This document shows positions 54,573 to 64,000 of a stretch of 64,000 nucleotides of DNA, in pieces. The position numbers and the translations under genes are program-made. Numbering within the stretch: position 1 is the stretch's first letter; every line of letters starts with the position of its first letter. The DNA is from a virus (Duplodnaviria > Caudoviricetes), in the IMG/VR virus record IMGVR_UViG_3300032275_000001, positions 1 through 64,000 of that record; one strand, written 5' to 3'. The notes under the pieces were generated by a model. It had not been told where the DNA came from. It made no database searches and saw only the letters and a program-made list of their open reading frames with translations.

Positions 54573-56108
54573 ATGTTAACACCGAGACTAACTAATTGTC
54601 CTGAATGTGCAGACATTCCTAATTTATTAAAAAGAATAGATTGTAAGTTAGCAGAATATGCTAATGGTCTATACAACAATGTTGTATTTATGTTGAATCA
54701 AGTTGTTCCTGCAAGAGCAATGATTCAACTTTTGGCGTATAAAAGAATCCTTACATACAAACAATGTAATCCAGACTATTTAAGTGATTTCTGTATGGAT
54801 AAGATTGTAAGTAAAGTGATAAGATTAACATTAGGCTGTAATATCAGACCCATTTTTACTCCAACCCCTACAACATCTACAACATCAACATCTACTACTT
54901 GTCCTCCATATACCACTACCACTACCACTACAACAATATTATATAATTATATTGTACTTAAATGTAATACATCAGAATATTATATTCTTACATATGATGG
55001 ATCTGAATTATTACCACAAGGACTTATAGTAAGTAGTGAAAGTAATGAATGTTGGCAAATAATACAAAGAACTAATGATGTTGGAAGTATGGCAATAGTT
55101 ACACAATTTGGTATGGATGATTGTACAGTTTGTATAGATTCTTTTACTACTACAACTACTACCACCACTTTACCAAATATTCCATGTAATACAACTTATA
55201 GTTCAGGAGGAAGTGGTGTTACAGAATATAATATACCATTAGATCCTTTAGGAGGAGTAATATTATTTCAATTTAGTGCTAGAAATGTACCTGATAAAAT
55301 TGAAATAATACATGATAATATTAAAAAATCTACATCAGGAATGTTATCAGATGGTAATTCAGGCCCATTTGATGCTTATGGAGAGCCACCAACTAATTTA
55401 CCAACTGTTCTTCAAACATATGATATAAATCAATTTATAGGAAAAACTAATTATAATGTAGACCCTCCTATTTTTTATAAAAATATTCAACCTATACCAA
55501 CTAGACAATTAGAACTTTTAGCTGAAACAGGTATTGATTTAACATTAACAGGTAGTTATGAACAATTTGTATGGTGGGTATACACTCCATCAGATTATAC
55601 AATAAACAATAATGTTATTATTAGAATAACAGGTCCTGCAGGCGGTACAACAGGTTGGGATTTACAAAGATTATGTCCTTCACCTACCACTACTACAACT
55701 ACTACTATATGTCAAAGACCAGAAGGTTTAACTAATGGTAATTTAATTTCCTCTTGTCATAATTCAGGAGACCCTGAATGGATTTTCTATAATGTATCCG
55801 TAGAAGATGCTTGTAATGCTTTTAATTATTATAGAGATAATCCTGAAACTGCTGGAACAGGAGTTAATTATTGGGACATGCAATATGATACTTTAAATAT
55901 AGACACTTTAGTATATAGATACAATAATGGTACTGATTGTACTTTAATTAATAATGGATATTATTGGTTTCAACCAAACATTAGTGATATAACAACATAT
56001 TTCAAAACTATTAATCAAATAAGTATTGTCACAATAGTAGCTGGATATATTACAGCAATTGACATATGTAATTATATTCCAACAACAACCACAACAACAA
56101 CAATATAA
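54573..56108 (+). CDS. modular virion protein with poly-Thr linkers
   Basis: Several domains separated by T-rich tracts, each flanked by Cys. Confidence 0.65.
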   Translation: MLTPRLTNCPECADIPNLLKRIDCKLAEYANGLYNNVVFMLNQVVPARAMIQLLAYKRILTYKQCNPDYLSDFCMDKIVSKVIRLTLGCNIRPIFTPTPTTSTTSTSTTCPPYTTTTTTTTILYNYIVLKCNTSEYYILTYDGSELLPQGLIVSSESNECWQIIQRTNDVGSMAIVTQFGMDDCTVCIDSFTTTTTTTTLPNIPCNTTYSSGGSGVTEYNIPLDPLGGVILFQFSARNVPDKIEIIHDNIKKSTSGMLSDGNSGPFDAYGEPPTNLPTVLQTYDINQFIGKTNYNVDPPIFYKNIQPIPTRQLELLAETGIDLTLTGSYEQFVWWVYTPSDYTINNNVIIRITGPAGGTTGWDLQRLCPSPTTTTTTTICQRPEGLTNGNLISSCHNSGDPEWIFYNVSVEDACNAFNYYRDNPETAGTGVNYWDMQYDTLNIDTLVYRYNNGTDCTLINNGYYWFQPNISDITTYFKTINQISIVTIVAGYITAIDICNYIPTTTTTTTI

Positions 56109-56120
56109 AATAAATATAAT

Positions 56121-57287
56121 ATGTCCAATTGTCAAAATTGTTTTAATGGATGCACCGAAACTATTTCAGATCAGTGTGTCAAATATACAGGAATAAATGT
56201 TCCTGAATTAGGAATTAGCACTGGTGATCCTTTATCAGTAATTGAACAATCTCTAACAACATTCCTTGTTTCTGCATTAAATGGAACAGGAATAAAAATA
56301 GATCTAAGTGGTATAGATATATGTACATTAGTACAACAATATCTTCCTACATGTGGAGAAATGTCAATAGCAGATATATCAAAAGCTCTTGTGCAAGCTG
56401 TATGTAATATACAAGAACAAATAGATGCTATTGTAGCAGAACTTGCTATATTAAATGCTGATTATACAATTGACTGTTTGACAGAAGTTACAGCTTCTTC
56501 TGATACACATGCTATTGTACAAGCAGTTATAACAAAACTTTGTACTATTGATACTAACTTAACAGAATTAATTACAGAAGTAGATAATCAATATGTTAAA
56601 AAAACTGAACTTTGCAGTTTAGTTACAGAGTGCATGAGTGGAGAAAGTGGCACAGATTTAGCTAGTGCAAAAATGCTTCCTTATAGTATCATTCCTTATT
56701 ATGGACCAGCATCTGGATATCCAACAGTTAGTGATGGATTTAGTTCAACAGGTGCAGGATATGGATATTGGCTTAATGTATATTTATGTAATGGAGGAAA
56801 TCCAGGTGTTCCAGATTTGAGAGGAAGAGTAGCTGTAGGTGCTACAGATATGGCAACAGCAACATGGCCTATGAGTGGACAAACACAACCAGGTGTTAAT
56901 AATAATCCTACATATGAATACAAAGATCCAGCTACAGGAATACAAGGAAGTAATTTTACTACATTAACATTAGCACAGATACCAGCACATAATCATACTA
57001 CTTCTACAGCTAGTTCTACAGCTATTACCACTATTCCCCCACATACTCATTCTATATTAGGAATAACAGGTGGAGATAATAGTGATAATAATAATACTGT
57101 AAGATTTGCTGGTGGAGATAAAAATCAAACAGAACCAGGTTTCTTTTTTACAAATATACAAGCTTGTCAATCTGCAACTTTATCTGCTACAACAACATTA
57201 ACAATATTACCACAAGGACAAGGTGAGAAACATTCAAATGTTCAACCAGGACTTGCAGTTTATTATCTTATCTATATCCCAGCATAA
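56121..57287 (+). CDS. tail fibre/collar-domain protein
   Basis: LCNG...PDLRGRVAVG...TLTLAQIPAHNH...HSNVQP (tail-collar motif). Confidence 0.75.
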   Translation: MSNCQNCFNGCTETISDQCVKYTGINVPELGISTGDPLSVIEQSLTTFLVSALNGTGIKIDLSGIDICTLVQQYLPTCGEMSIADISKALVQAVCNIQEQIDAIVAELAILNADYTIDCLTEVTASSDTHAIVQAVITKLCTIDTNLTELITEVDNQYVKKTELCSLVTECMSGESGTDLASAKMLPYSIIPYYGPASGYPTVSDGFSSTGAGYGYWLNVYLCNGGNPGVPDLRGRVAVGATDMATATWPMSGQTQPGVNNNPTYEYKDPATGIQGSNFTTLTLAQIPAHNHTTSTASSTAITTIPPHTHSILGITGGDNSDNNNTVRFAGGDKNQTEPGFFFTNIQACQSATLSATTTLTILPQGQGEKHSNVQPGLAVYYLIYIPA

Positions 57288-57293
57288 TAATAT

Positions 57294-58298
57294 ATGTCTT
57301 ACCCACCTACTCCACAAAGAAAAGCTTGCAACTGTAGTGATCCTTGTATCTCTACAGATGATGTTTACTATGCTGGTCCCAATCTTCCAAACTTAGGAGT
57401 TAATACAAATGACTTACTTACAGAAGTTATAGAGAAGCTAGATGCTATATATGCTGTTCCTACATTACAGAGAGTTACAGAGATGGATAATCTTACCACT
57501 TTACCAATAATTGCAGATTCATTTGTAAAGATTGGCGGAGATGGAACTAATATTTTATTGGATGATGGTACAGTATTACCTATAGGTGATTTACCTTCAC
57601 CTACAACTCCTCTATCTTTACAACAAGTATTAGATGAAAATAATCAAGCCTTAAATCAAAATATATTATTAGAATATAATGATGGGGTTAATGTAGTTGC
57701 TAGTACTCAAGTATATCCTGGAAATATAAATATAATATCTAATGAATCAGGTTTATATTTAGGTACAGTAGGATACAGTAGTGGATTAAATAATTATGAG
57801 TTAGGGGCTATACATTTTAGTTCATCTATTAATAGTCAATCTTATTCAAAAACAGTATTATATGAGAATCCAGAATCTGTTGCTAGTAATCCAAGTGAAT
57901 CTTTATTATTAAGACTACCAAAACATATTGGTTCAGAAACAAAAACACTAGCTACACTAGATGATATACCTGCAAGATTATATAAAGTGTACACAGCTTT
58001 GTTATCACAAACTGGACAAGAAGTTCCTGAACCTACAGTATTAGAAAATACATTAGGAGGAATAGTTGTTTGGACTAGAGACAGTGCTGGTAATTATATA
58101 GGAACTTTAAATGGTGCGTTTCCTGCAGGTAAAACCGTATGCTTTTATACACATGATGGTTTAAATGGTTCTACAGGATATGGCGGTTTATTAAGAAAGG
58201 ATTCTAACAGTGTATGGATGACTTTTAATAATGGCACTGGTATCTATATAGATTCAGAAGGGCAATCAGATTCAATAGAAATAAGAGTATATAATTAA
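57294..58298 (+). CDS. tail fibre-like protein
   Basis: TLQRVT and SLQQVLD repeats; C-terminal YKVYTALLSQ...IEIRVY domain. Confidence 0.55.
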   Translation: MSYPPTPQRKACNCSDPCISTDDVYYAGPNLPNLGVNTNDLLTEVIEKLDAIYAVPTLQRVTEMDNLTTLPIIADSFVKIGGDGTNILLDDGTVLPIGDLPSPTTPLSLQQVLDENNQALNQNILLEYNDGVNVVASTQVYPGNINIISNESGLYLGTVGYSSGLNNYELGAIHFSSSINSQSYSKTVLYENPESVASNPSESLLLRLPKHIGSETKTLATLDDIPARLYKVYTALLSQTGQEVPEPTVLENTLGGIVVWTRDSAGNYIGTLNGAFPAGKTVCFYTHDGLNGSTGYGGLLRKDSNSVWMTFNNGTGIYIDSEGQSDSIEIRVYN

Positions 58299-58319
58299 TA
58301 TAATAAAAACCAAATAATT

Positions 58320-58934
58320 ATGACAGTAATAATAACATTAACAACAGCAGGTGCAGATACAGGACCATTCAATCTATTTTCAGATGCAAATGAATATACA
58401 ATAGCATTTGCTATAGGAGTAACTAAAGCAGAATTAGAAGCAGGTTATCCATCTGATTTAGTTCCTGATGGTACAACAACAATTAAAGTACAATCTGTTA
58501 ATAGTTTATGTAATAATTTTGCAGATTTACCTACAGGTATAACTACAACAACCTCTACTACATTACCTCCAATTAACTCTGTAGAATAGCTTACTGGTGA
58601 TTATCCTCCTATTGCTTATGGTATTTCTCCTGGAGATATAATTAGCTTAAGTGGGACTGTTGAAATAATAGGGGACCCTGTTACTTTTAGAGCTTACGCA
58701 TTTTTACCTACAGGACCTGGTGATGGTGCTGTAGATACTAGCATAAGTATAGGTAATATTGATGTGGAAATAACAAGTAGATATGTAGATGCTGTAACAC
58801 CATATGATAATGGCATAAATCAATACTCTACTTCATTCACCCTTCCAGCAGGAATATATGATTGGAATGTACTTTGTACATTCTCTAATACAGCATCTAT
58901 AGGAGGAGAAGGTGGCATAGATTGGGTACAATAA
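58320..58934 (+). CDS. virion protein interrupted by an in-frame TAG at 58587-58589 (89 aa, or 204 aa with readthrough)
   Basis: The frame stays open for 114 codons after the TAG, with no ATG, to TAA at 58932-58934. N-terminus is paralogous to 58952. Confidence 0.7.
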
Positions 58935-58951
58935 TATAAAAATAAAACCAA

Positions 58952-60151
58952 ATGACAGTACTATTAACATTAACAACTGCTGGATCTGATACAGGTTCAT
59001 TTGATCTATATTCTAATTTAGATTATGCTATTCCTTTTGAAACAGGAGTTGGTAAAGCTACATTAGAAGCAGGGTATTCAACAGAGGTTCCAGATGGTGC
59101 AACTATTGTTAGAATTACATCTACAGGAGATTGTATTAATTCTGTAGATATAACATTAAGATTAGCTGAATGTGATTTAGATGGATATGTAGAACAATTA
59201 ACCACTACAACAACAACAACTATATGTATTCCCCAAACAATATATGCTGGAGAAACATATTATAAATCAGGAAATACAGCACTAGAGTCTGGATTAAGAG
59301 TAAATAATTATGCTTCTTTTTATCCTAATGGAACTAAAGTATTTTTTACACAACATAATAATGGTTTAGCAGGAGGAAATCCTACAGGTATATATGATCC
59401 AATTATATCATATGATTTAGCAACTCCATGGGATGTATCCTCTATCATTAAAACTGGAGAGTTACAGTCTTCTAATTCGCCTAATCAATGGTTTAGTACT
59501 CCAGCAGTTACGTCAAACTTAACAACATCTTATGGATCACCACTTGAAAACTTTACAGCAGGGCATACCTTTTCAGAAGATGGTACTAAATTATTTACAG
59601 CTGGAAAAGATAAAGGATTGCTACAAAAATATACTTTAGGTACTGCTTGGGATATTACTACAATGATTTTTGATTCTTCTACATTAGAATATGTAGTAAT
59701 TACAGGAGATAGTTTAACAGCAGTTAAATTTAGTAGTGATGGTTTAATTATGATATTGCTTGGAAATAGTATTACAGCAAGATATGAATTAGTTTCTCCT
59801 TGGGACATAATTGGTGCAACATTGATATTTACTTCTACTGGTAATTCTAGTGATATTGATTTTCAAAATGGTGGTTTATATTTATTTACATTTAGTGGAT
59901 CTAATTTAGTTAGAAAAACTTTAGGAAGTCCATATGATATAACAACTATAATTGAAACTCAAACACTAATTACTACAGTAATTCCTCAAGCAATATCTCC
60001 AAGAATAGTATTTAAAGATGGATTTAAAGGATACATAAGTACATTTAATAGTTTAGAACCTAGTATAATTTCTGCATTTGAGTTAACATGTGAGTTTGAT
60101 ATTAGTGGTACTATTCCAACAACAACTACTACTACAACATTACTACTATAA
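58952..60151 (+). CDS. virion protein with beta-propeller-like repeats
   Basis: Repeats YDLATPWD, YTLGTAWD, YELVSPWD and TLGSPYD between poly-Thr tracts. Confidence 0.65.
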   Translation: MTVLLTLTTAGSDTGSFDLYSNLDYAIPFETGVGKATLEAGYSTEVPDGATIVRITSTGDCINSVDITLRLAECDLDGYVEQLTTTTTTTICIPQTIYAGETYYKSGNTALESGLRVNNYASFYPNGTKVFFTQHNNGLAGGNPTGIYDPIISYDLATPWDVSSIIKTGELQSSNSPNQWFSTPAVTSNLTTSYGSPLENFTAGHTFSEDGTKLFTAGKDKGLLQKYTLGTAWDITTMIFDSSTLEYVVITGDSLTAVKFSSDGLIMILLGNSITARYELVSPWDIIGATLIFTSTGNSSDIDFQNGGLYLFTFSGSNLVRKTLGSPYDITTIIETQTLITTVIPQAISPRIVFKDGFKGYISTFNSLEPSIISAFELTCEFDISGTIPTTTTTTTLLL

Positions 60152-60319
60152 AAAATCTGAGTTTGTTGGTTTTCTTAGATTTCCTCTCAATATATTCTTG
60201 GGAGGTTTTTGGTTTATAACCTTTTTGATTATAAAGAATAACATATTTGGTTAAATTTATTTGGATAGTATGAAAAGTATTTTTATCTTTACCCTAATTT
60301 TAAGTAAACTAAACTAAAT

Positions 60320-61543
60320 ATGATTGAGAATCAAGATTTATTATTCAAGTTAGAAGAGTTGTTAAAGCAAAAGAAAAGTAAAAAGTTCTATGCAGAGAGA
60401 TTAGGGATAAGTGAAAATGAAGTGAATGAACTTTTAAAAGAACTTAGAGAGAAAGATGATTTACCAATTGAACTATCTCCTAGTTATAAAGAAGAATTAC
60501 GTAAGGTGAATGTTGAGAAGGGTACAATAGAAAGCACTATCACTAGTGACTTTGATCCAAAGGATGATATTGAATTAGCAGCATTGCACAAAATAAATTT
60601 AGACAAATACATCATTACCAACTACTGGTCTAAGATGTTACCAAGTGGAAACTTTACATCTTCCATCTTTAGTAAAAGAAAAGAAGCACAAGACTACACC
60701 CCTGAAGACTTTGCTAAGTTTTTAGAAAACTACAAACCAAACAATATAACTGTTGTTAAACCAAAAACTAATCTCACTAAAGAACATGTAGATGTAGAGA
60801 TATCTATTTCTGATTTCCATTTAGCTAAGAAACATGTAGATGGAGATAATGATCCTGGAAGTAGAGCACTCAGATATTTCAATGTAGCACAATCTTTGAT
60901 ACATAAGGTGAGAGCTAATTACAATATAGACACTGTTATCCTTCCTATATCGAATGATTTCTTCCACACCGATAACTACCAACATCAAACTACAAATGGT
61001 ACCCCACAGGACACTATAATAGATTATGCAGATGAATATGAATTAGGCTTTGCAGTTCTTGTAGATACAATCAATATGTTGAGACAGAATGCAAATGATG
61101 TAAAGGTGGTACTTGTACAAGGTAATCATGACAGAACTAAATCATTCTACTTAGCACATGCACTAGATGTGTATTTCAAAGACTACTTTGATGTAGATTT
61201 TGATAGAGCACACACTACAATAAAAGGACTTACTATTGGTAATACATTCATAGGATGGCACCATGGTAATTGCAAAATAGATGATCTTCCTTTATTATTT
61301 GCAACACATCCTCAATATAGCCAAGCATTTGGTAATGCTAAATATAGAGAAGTTCATACAGGTGATAAACATCACTATATGGCTAAAGAACTTAAAGGAG
61401 TAAGAATACAACAAATGCCTAGCTTATCTGGAACAGATAGATGGCACCTAGATAATAATTTTGTCCACTCAGTTAGAGCTGCATTAGCTCTTGTATATGA
61501 CCCAATTGTAGGGAAGATCTGTGAGTTCGAAGAAAGAATATAA
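60320..61543 (+). CDS. HTH + calcineurin-like metallophosphoesterase
   Basis: SDFH, NDFFHTD, GNHD, HHG and TGDKHH. Confidence 0.85.
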   Translation: MIENQDLLFKLEELLKQKKSKKFYAERLGISENEVNELLKELREKDDLPIELSPSYKEELRKVNVEKGTIESTITSDFDPKDDIELAALHKINLDKYIITNYWSKMLPSGNFTSSIFSKRKEAQDYTPEDFAKFLENYKPNNITVVKPKTNLTKEHVDVEISISDFHLAKKHVDGDNDPGSRALRYFNVAQSLIHKVRANYNIDTVILPISNDFFHTDNYQHQTTNGTPQDTIIDYADEYELGFAVLVDTINMLRQNANDVKVVLVQGNHDRTKSFYLAHALDVYFKDYFDVDFDRAHTTIKGLTIGNTFIGWHHGNCKIDDLPLLFATHPQYSQAFGNAKYREVHTGDKHHYMAKELKGVRIQQMPSLSGTDRWHLDNNFVHSVRAALALVYDPIVGKICEFEERI

Positions 61544-61546
61544 ATT

Positions 61547-62275
61547 ATGGCAACATTAAGAAAATTAGTATCAGATGTTAGAAGTGTCCACAAGATACTT
61601 TCTACAGATTCACTTATAACAGATCGTGCAATTGCATCTGAAATAAGAAACAACTCTTTATTATTAATCAAAAGAGAAACAAATCTTAGAAAGCTTTGGG
61701 CTACTGATACATTGTTTACTACTATTCCTTGTTTGGAGATGATAGAGGTATCTATTTCTGAATGTTGTAACTATGTAGATCCTTGTTCTATAGCTAGAAC
61801 TAAATTTAAACTCCCACGTATATCTGAAGGAAACTATCAATATGTTATACAAGGAGTTTATTCTATTAATGCAATGAGTGGAAAAGGAAGAAAGCTAAAA
61901 GAAATTACAGTTAATAGATATATTAATCTATTAAAACTTCCTGTAATTAAAAAAGAAGAATACTTCTGGATATCTAATGGATATTTATATGTAAGTAATC
62001 CACTTCTTAAAGCAATTAGATTTGTAGCTTTCTTTGAAGAAGATGTAGATAATGAAATCATGTATCCAGAATGTGGATGTGGTGCTCCTGAATACACAGT
62101 GGAACAATTATGTCAAAATCCTTTAGACAAAGAGTTTCCTCTTCCTGGATACTTAGAACAACAAGTCCTTGAGTTAACATCTAAAAAACTACTATCTACT
62201 TATTTTAGCATACCTCAAGATTTGTCAGTAAATGGTATTGATGGACAAGATCCAAAATCTCCTAATATAAGATAG
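61547..62275 (+). CDS. ring/adaptor-like virion protein
   Basis: crAss-like position; YFWISNGYLY motif; C-terminus duplicated downstream. Confidence 0.6.
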   Translation: MATLRKLVSDVRSVHKILSTDSLITDRAIASEIRNNSLLLIKRETNLRKLWATDTLFTTIPCLEMIEVSISECCNYVDPCSIARTKFKLPRISEGNYQYVIQGVYSINAMSGKGRKLKEITVNRYINLLKLPVIKKEEYFWISNGYLYVSNPLLKAIRFVAFFEEDVDNEIMYPECGCGAPEYTVEQLCQNPLDKEFPLPGYLEQQVLELTSKKLLSTYFSIPQDLSVNGIDGQDPKSPNIR

Positions 62276-62276
62276 T

Positions 62277-62495
62277 ATGCAAAATAATCATTTTATTAAA
62301 GAGTGGGAATCTCTTAGAGACATACATTCTACATTATATATAAATAAAAATTTTAAAAATTTTAAAAAATATATACTTAATGTAATATCTGGAAAAAGAA
62401 AATCTGCATTTTCTTTTAATTGGAAATATATTAAGACAGACATAAGTCAAGAAGGGATAGATGGACAAGCTCCAAATTCAAAATCAACTAATTAA
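62277..62495 (+). pseudogene. NUMOD1 remnant of a HEG fused to the displaced tail of the upstream gene
   Basis: FIKEWESL...NVISGKRKSAFSFNWKY (NUMOD1) followed by IKTDISQEGIDGQAPNSKSTN. Confidence 0.7.
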
Positions 62496-62971
62496 TGCGT
62501 GTAAAAGTAGACTGGCGATCTTCTAGTAAAGATAATTATAATTTATTTTGTAAAAATCATCCATCTATTAAACTTACATATGATGAATGGAGAAACATTA
62601 TATATACATATAATGAATTCTTCAAAGAATACATATTAGAGACTGGTGAAAAAGCAAGACTACCTTATGGTTTTGGAGAGTTCTCTATCAATAAGAAGAA
62701 AAGAAGAAAGATGAAAGGCATAGATGGAAAAGAGTTTATTAACTTACCTATCGACTGGCAAAAGACTAAAGAGAAAGGAAAGGTTATCTACAATTTCAAT
62801 TATCACACAGAAGGATATTTCTTTGGATGGATGTGGTTTAAACAAGCAGCACGCTTTAAGAATTCTGACCTTTGGTATTTCAAACCTTCAAGACTCACAT
62901 CAAGATTATTATCACATTACTTAAAGACCAACGATAAGTACCAACATATATACCAAGAGTGGAAAAAATAA
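62495..62971 (+). CDS. HU/IHF-like protein (crAss-like)
   Basis: RLPYGFGEFSINK, IDWQKT and N.HTEGY. Confidence 0.65.
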   Translation: MRVKVDWRSSSKDNYNLFCKNHPSIKLTYDEWRNIIYTYNEFFKEYILETGEKARLPYGFGEFSINKKKRRKMKGIDGKEFINLPIDWQKTKEKGKVIYNFNYHTEGYFFGWMWFKQAARFKNSDLWYFKPSRLTSRLLSHYLKTNDKYQHIYQEWKK

Positions 62972-62977
62972 TAAATT

Positions 62978-63907
62978 ATGAGCTACTACTATAAATATGC
63001 TTTCGTAAGTCCAGAACCTGTTTACTCAACTGTTAAAGAAGAGCTGAAAAGCTATTTTGATACCGCTGCTGTAGATGATCTTTTATTTCCTACCTATTTA
63101 GATAAAGCTCTAAAGAAGTTAGGAAGAACAACTTATGTAATCACTGATGAGATTCTTTTTGTTGAAGACTTTCAAGCTAGACTTCCTGATAACTTTTATG
63201 CTGTTAGAGAAGCATGGATGACTACAGAGGTAGCAAACTACCCATATCAATCAGCTAACTCATTCTATTCACAAGCAGCTTCTGAAACAACAATACAAAT
63301 GTCTCCATTAACTATTGGTGGAACACAATGTAATAATGGAGGATGTCAAGATCCAGGATGTGAGGGAAACTGTATGCCTGTATTAATACAAGCTGTATAT
63401 AAGACAAACAATAGTGTAGCTAGAGGATTTACTCATAACTACTTACTTAAGCCTGGAAACATATCTGCAAGAAAGAATTGTGATGTATTTTATACAAATA
63501 ACTTTACTCCTGGTTCTGCTAGTATTGATTCATTTGATATTAGAGATAATAAGTTTGTTACTAATTTTAGAAATGGTGTTGTACATTTAATATTCTATGC
63601 TACAGAGTATGATGAGACAGGGAACCAATTGATTCCAGATAATTATCGTATAAGAGAATATGTAGAAGCATTCCTTAAATTTAAAGTGTTTGAAACTCTT
63701 ACAAATCAAACTGTTGATGAAACATTTAATCAGTTACAACAGAAACTGATGTATCATAAACAAGCTTATGAAGAAGCTTTCATTATGGCAATGATAGAAG
63801 TTAAGAAGGAAACTGCTTGGGAAAAACAAAGAAAAATCAAAAATGACTTAAATAGATTTAATATGTACGAACTTCCTACTAGTAGATATGGTAGAAGACG
63901 TAACTAA
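62978..63907 (+). CDS. tail ring/tubular-like protein
   Basis: ARLPDNF and DETGNQLIPD motifs; position in the tail module. Confidence 0.55.
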   Translation: MSYYYKYAFVSPEPVYSTVKEELKSYFDTAAVDDLLFPTYLDKALKKLGRTTYVITDEILFVEDFQARLPDNFYAVREAWMTTEVANYPYQSANSFYSQAASETTIQMSPLTIGGTQCNNGGCQDPGCEGNCMPVLIQAVYKTNNSVARGFTHNYLLKPGNISARKNCDVFYTNNFTPGSASIDSFDIRDNKFVTNFRNGVVHLIFYATEYDETGNQLIPDNYRIREYVEAFLKFKVFETLTNQTVDETFNQLQQKLMYHKQAYEEAFIMAMIEVKKETAWEKQRKIKNDLNRFNMYELPTSRYGRRRN

Positions 63908-63920
63908 TTAAAATATCATT

Positions 63921-64000
63921 ATGGCTGAAGAACAATCACAAGGAAATATAAAACAAGAACTTAACAGTGCTAATATAGGGTTAAACCTAGATAGCACATT
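63921..64000 (+). CDS. start of the next tail gene (muzzle/stabilisation-like, partial)
   Basis: MAEEQSQGNIKQELNSANIGLNLDST; GLNLD motif and position. Confidence 0.45.
   Translation, partial: MAEEQSQGNIKQELNSANIGLNLDST

Noticed and set aside
53740-60151. CRISPR-like or DGR-like repeats
   Set aside because: The repeats are in-frame ACN (Thr) codon runs without constant repeat-spacer periodicity. No reverse transcriptase or TR/VR pair with adenine-specific differences was seen.
2413-62924. Many short opposite-strand or nested ORFs in the track (e.g. 2413-2751, 3345-3596, 43414-43764, 46353-46715, 48649-48987)
   Set aside because: They are shadows of well-supported genes, with no motifs or initiation context.
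1-64000. Genome-wide TAG-to-Gln recoding, as in some crAss-like phages
   Set aside because: Long genes (terL, portal, capsid, polA) are intact in the standard code and TAG ends several genes (e.g. 9282, 62275). Only one suspicious internal TAG was found.

Overview
The window is part of an AT-rich, crAss-like (Crassvirales-related) phage genome, probably infecting a Bacteroidetes host, since TTTG-N20-TAnnTTTG promoters recur throughout. It uses the standard genetic code. The minus strand (1-39065) carries replication, recombination and early genes: dNMP kinase, RecA, PD-(D/E)XK nuclease, rIIB, rIIA, UDG, primase, AAA ATPase, SF2 helicase, DnaB and PolA. It also carries a tmRNA and a large structured ncRNA candidate. 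After a divergent switch at about 39.1-39.4 kb, the plus strand carries terminase, portal, scaffold, major capsid, ring/tail and Cys/poly-Thr-rich virion genes, plus a degenerate tRNA-Met. Homing-endonuclease (HEG) cassettes are abundant and appear to avoid damaging their targets in several ways. (1) Two group I introns split rIIA and UDG, with splice sites and P1/P7/P10 readable directly. (2) Three 'tail-swap' cassettes (primase, portal, ring-protein gene) supply a diverged replacement C-terminus and strand the original tail downstream. (3) An HNH gene sits antisense inside a hairpin of a large ROOL/GOLLD-like RNA candidate; removing it at a GAGAA direct repeat rebuilds the hairpin. (4) An endonuclease VII gene is looped out by an inverted repeat. 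Other highlights are a tmRNA with a 39-codon tag, an in-frame amber in a virion gene followed by 114 open codons, and a UDG with GLCPY in place of GQDPY. All family calls come from reading motifs by eye; no database searches were run.
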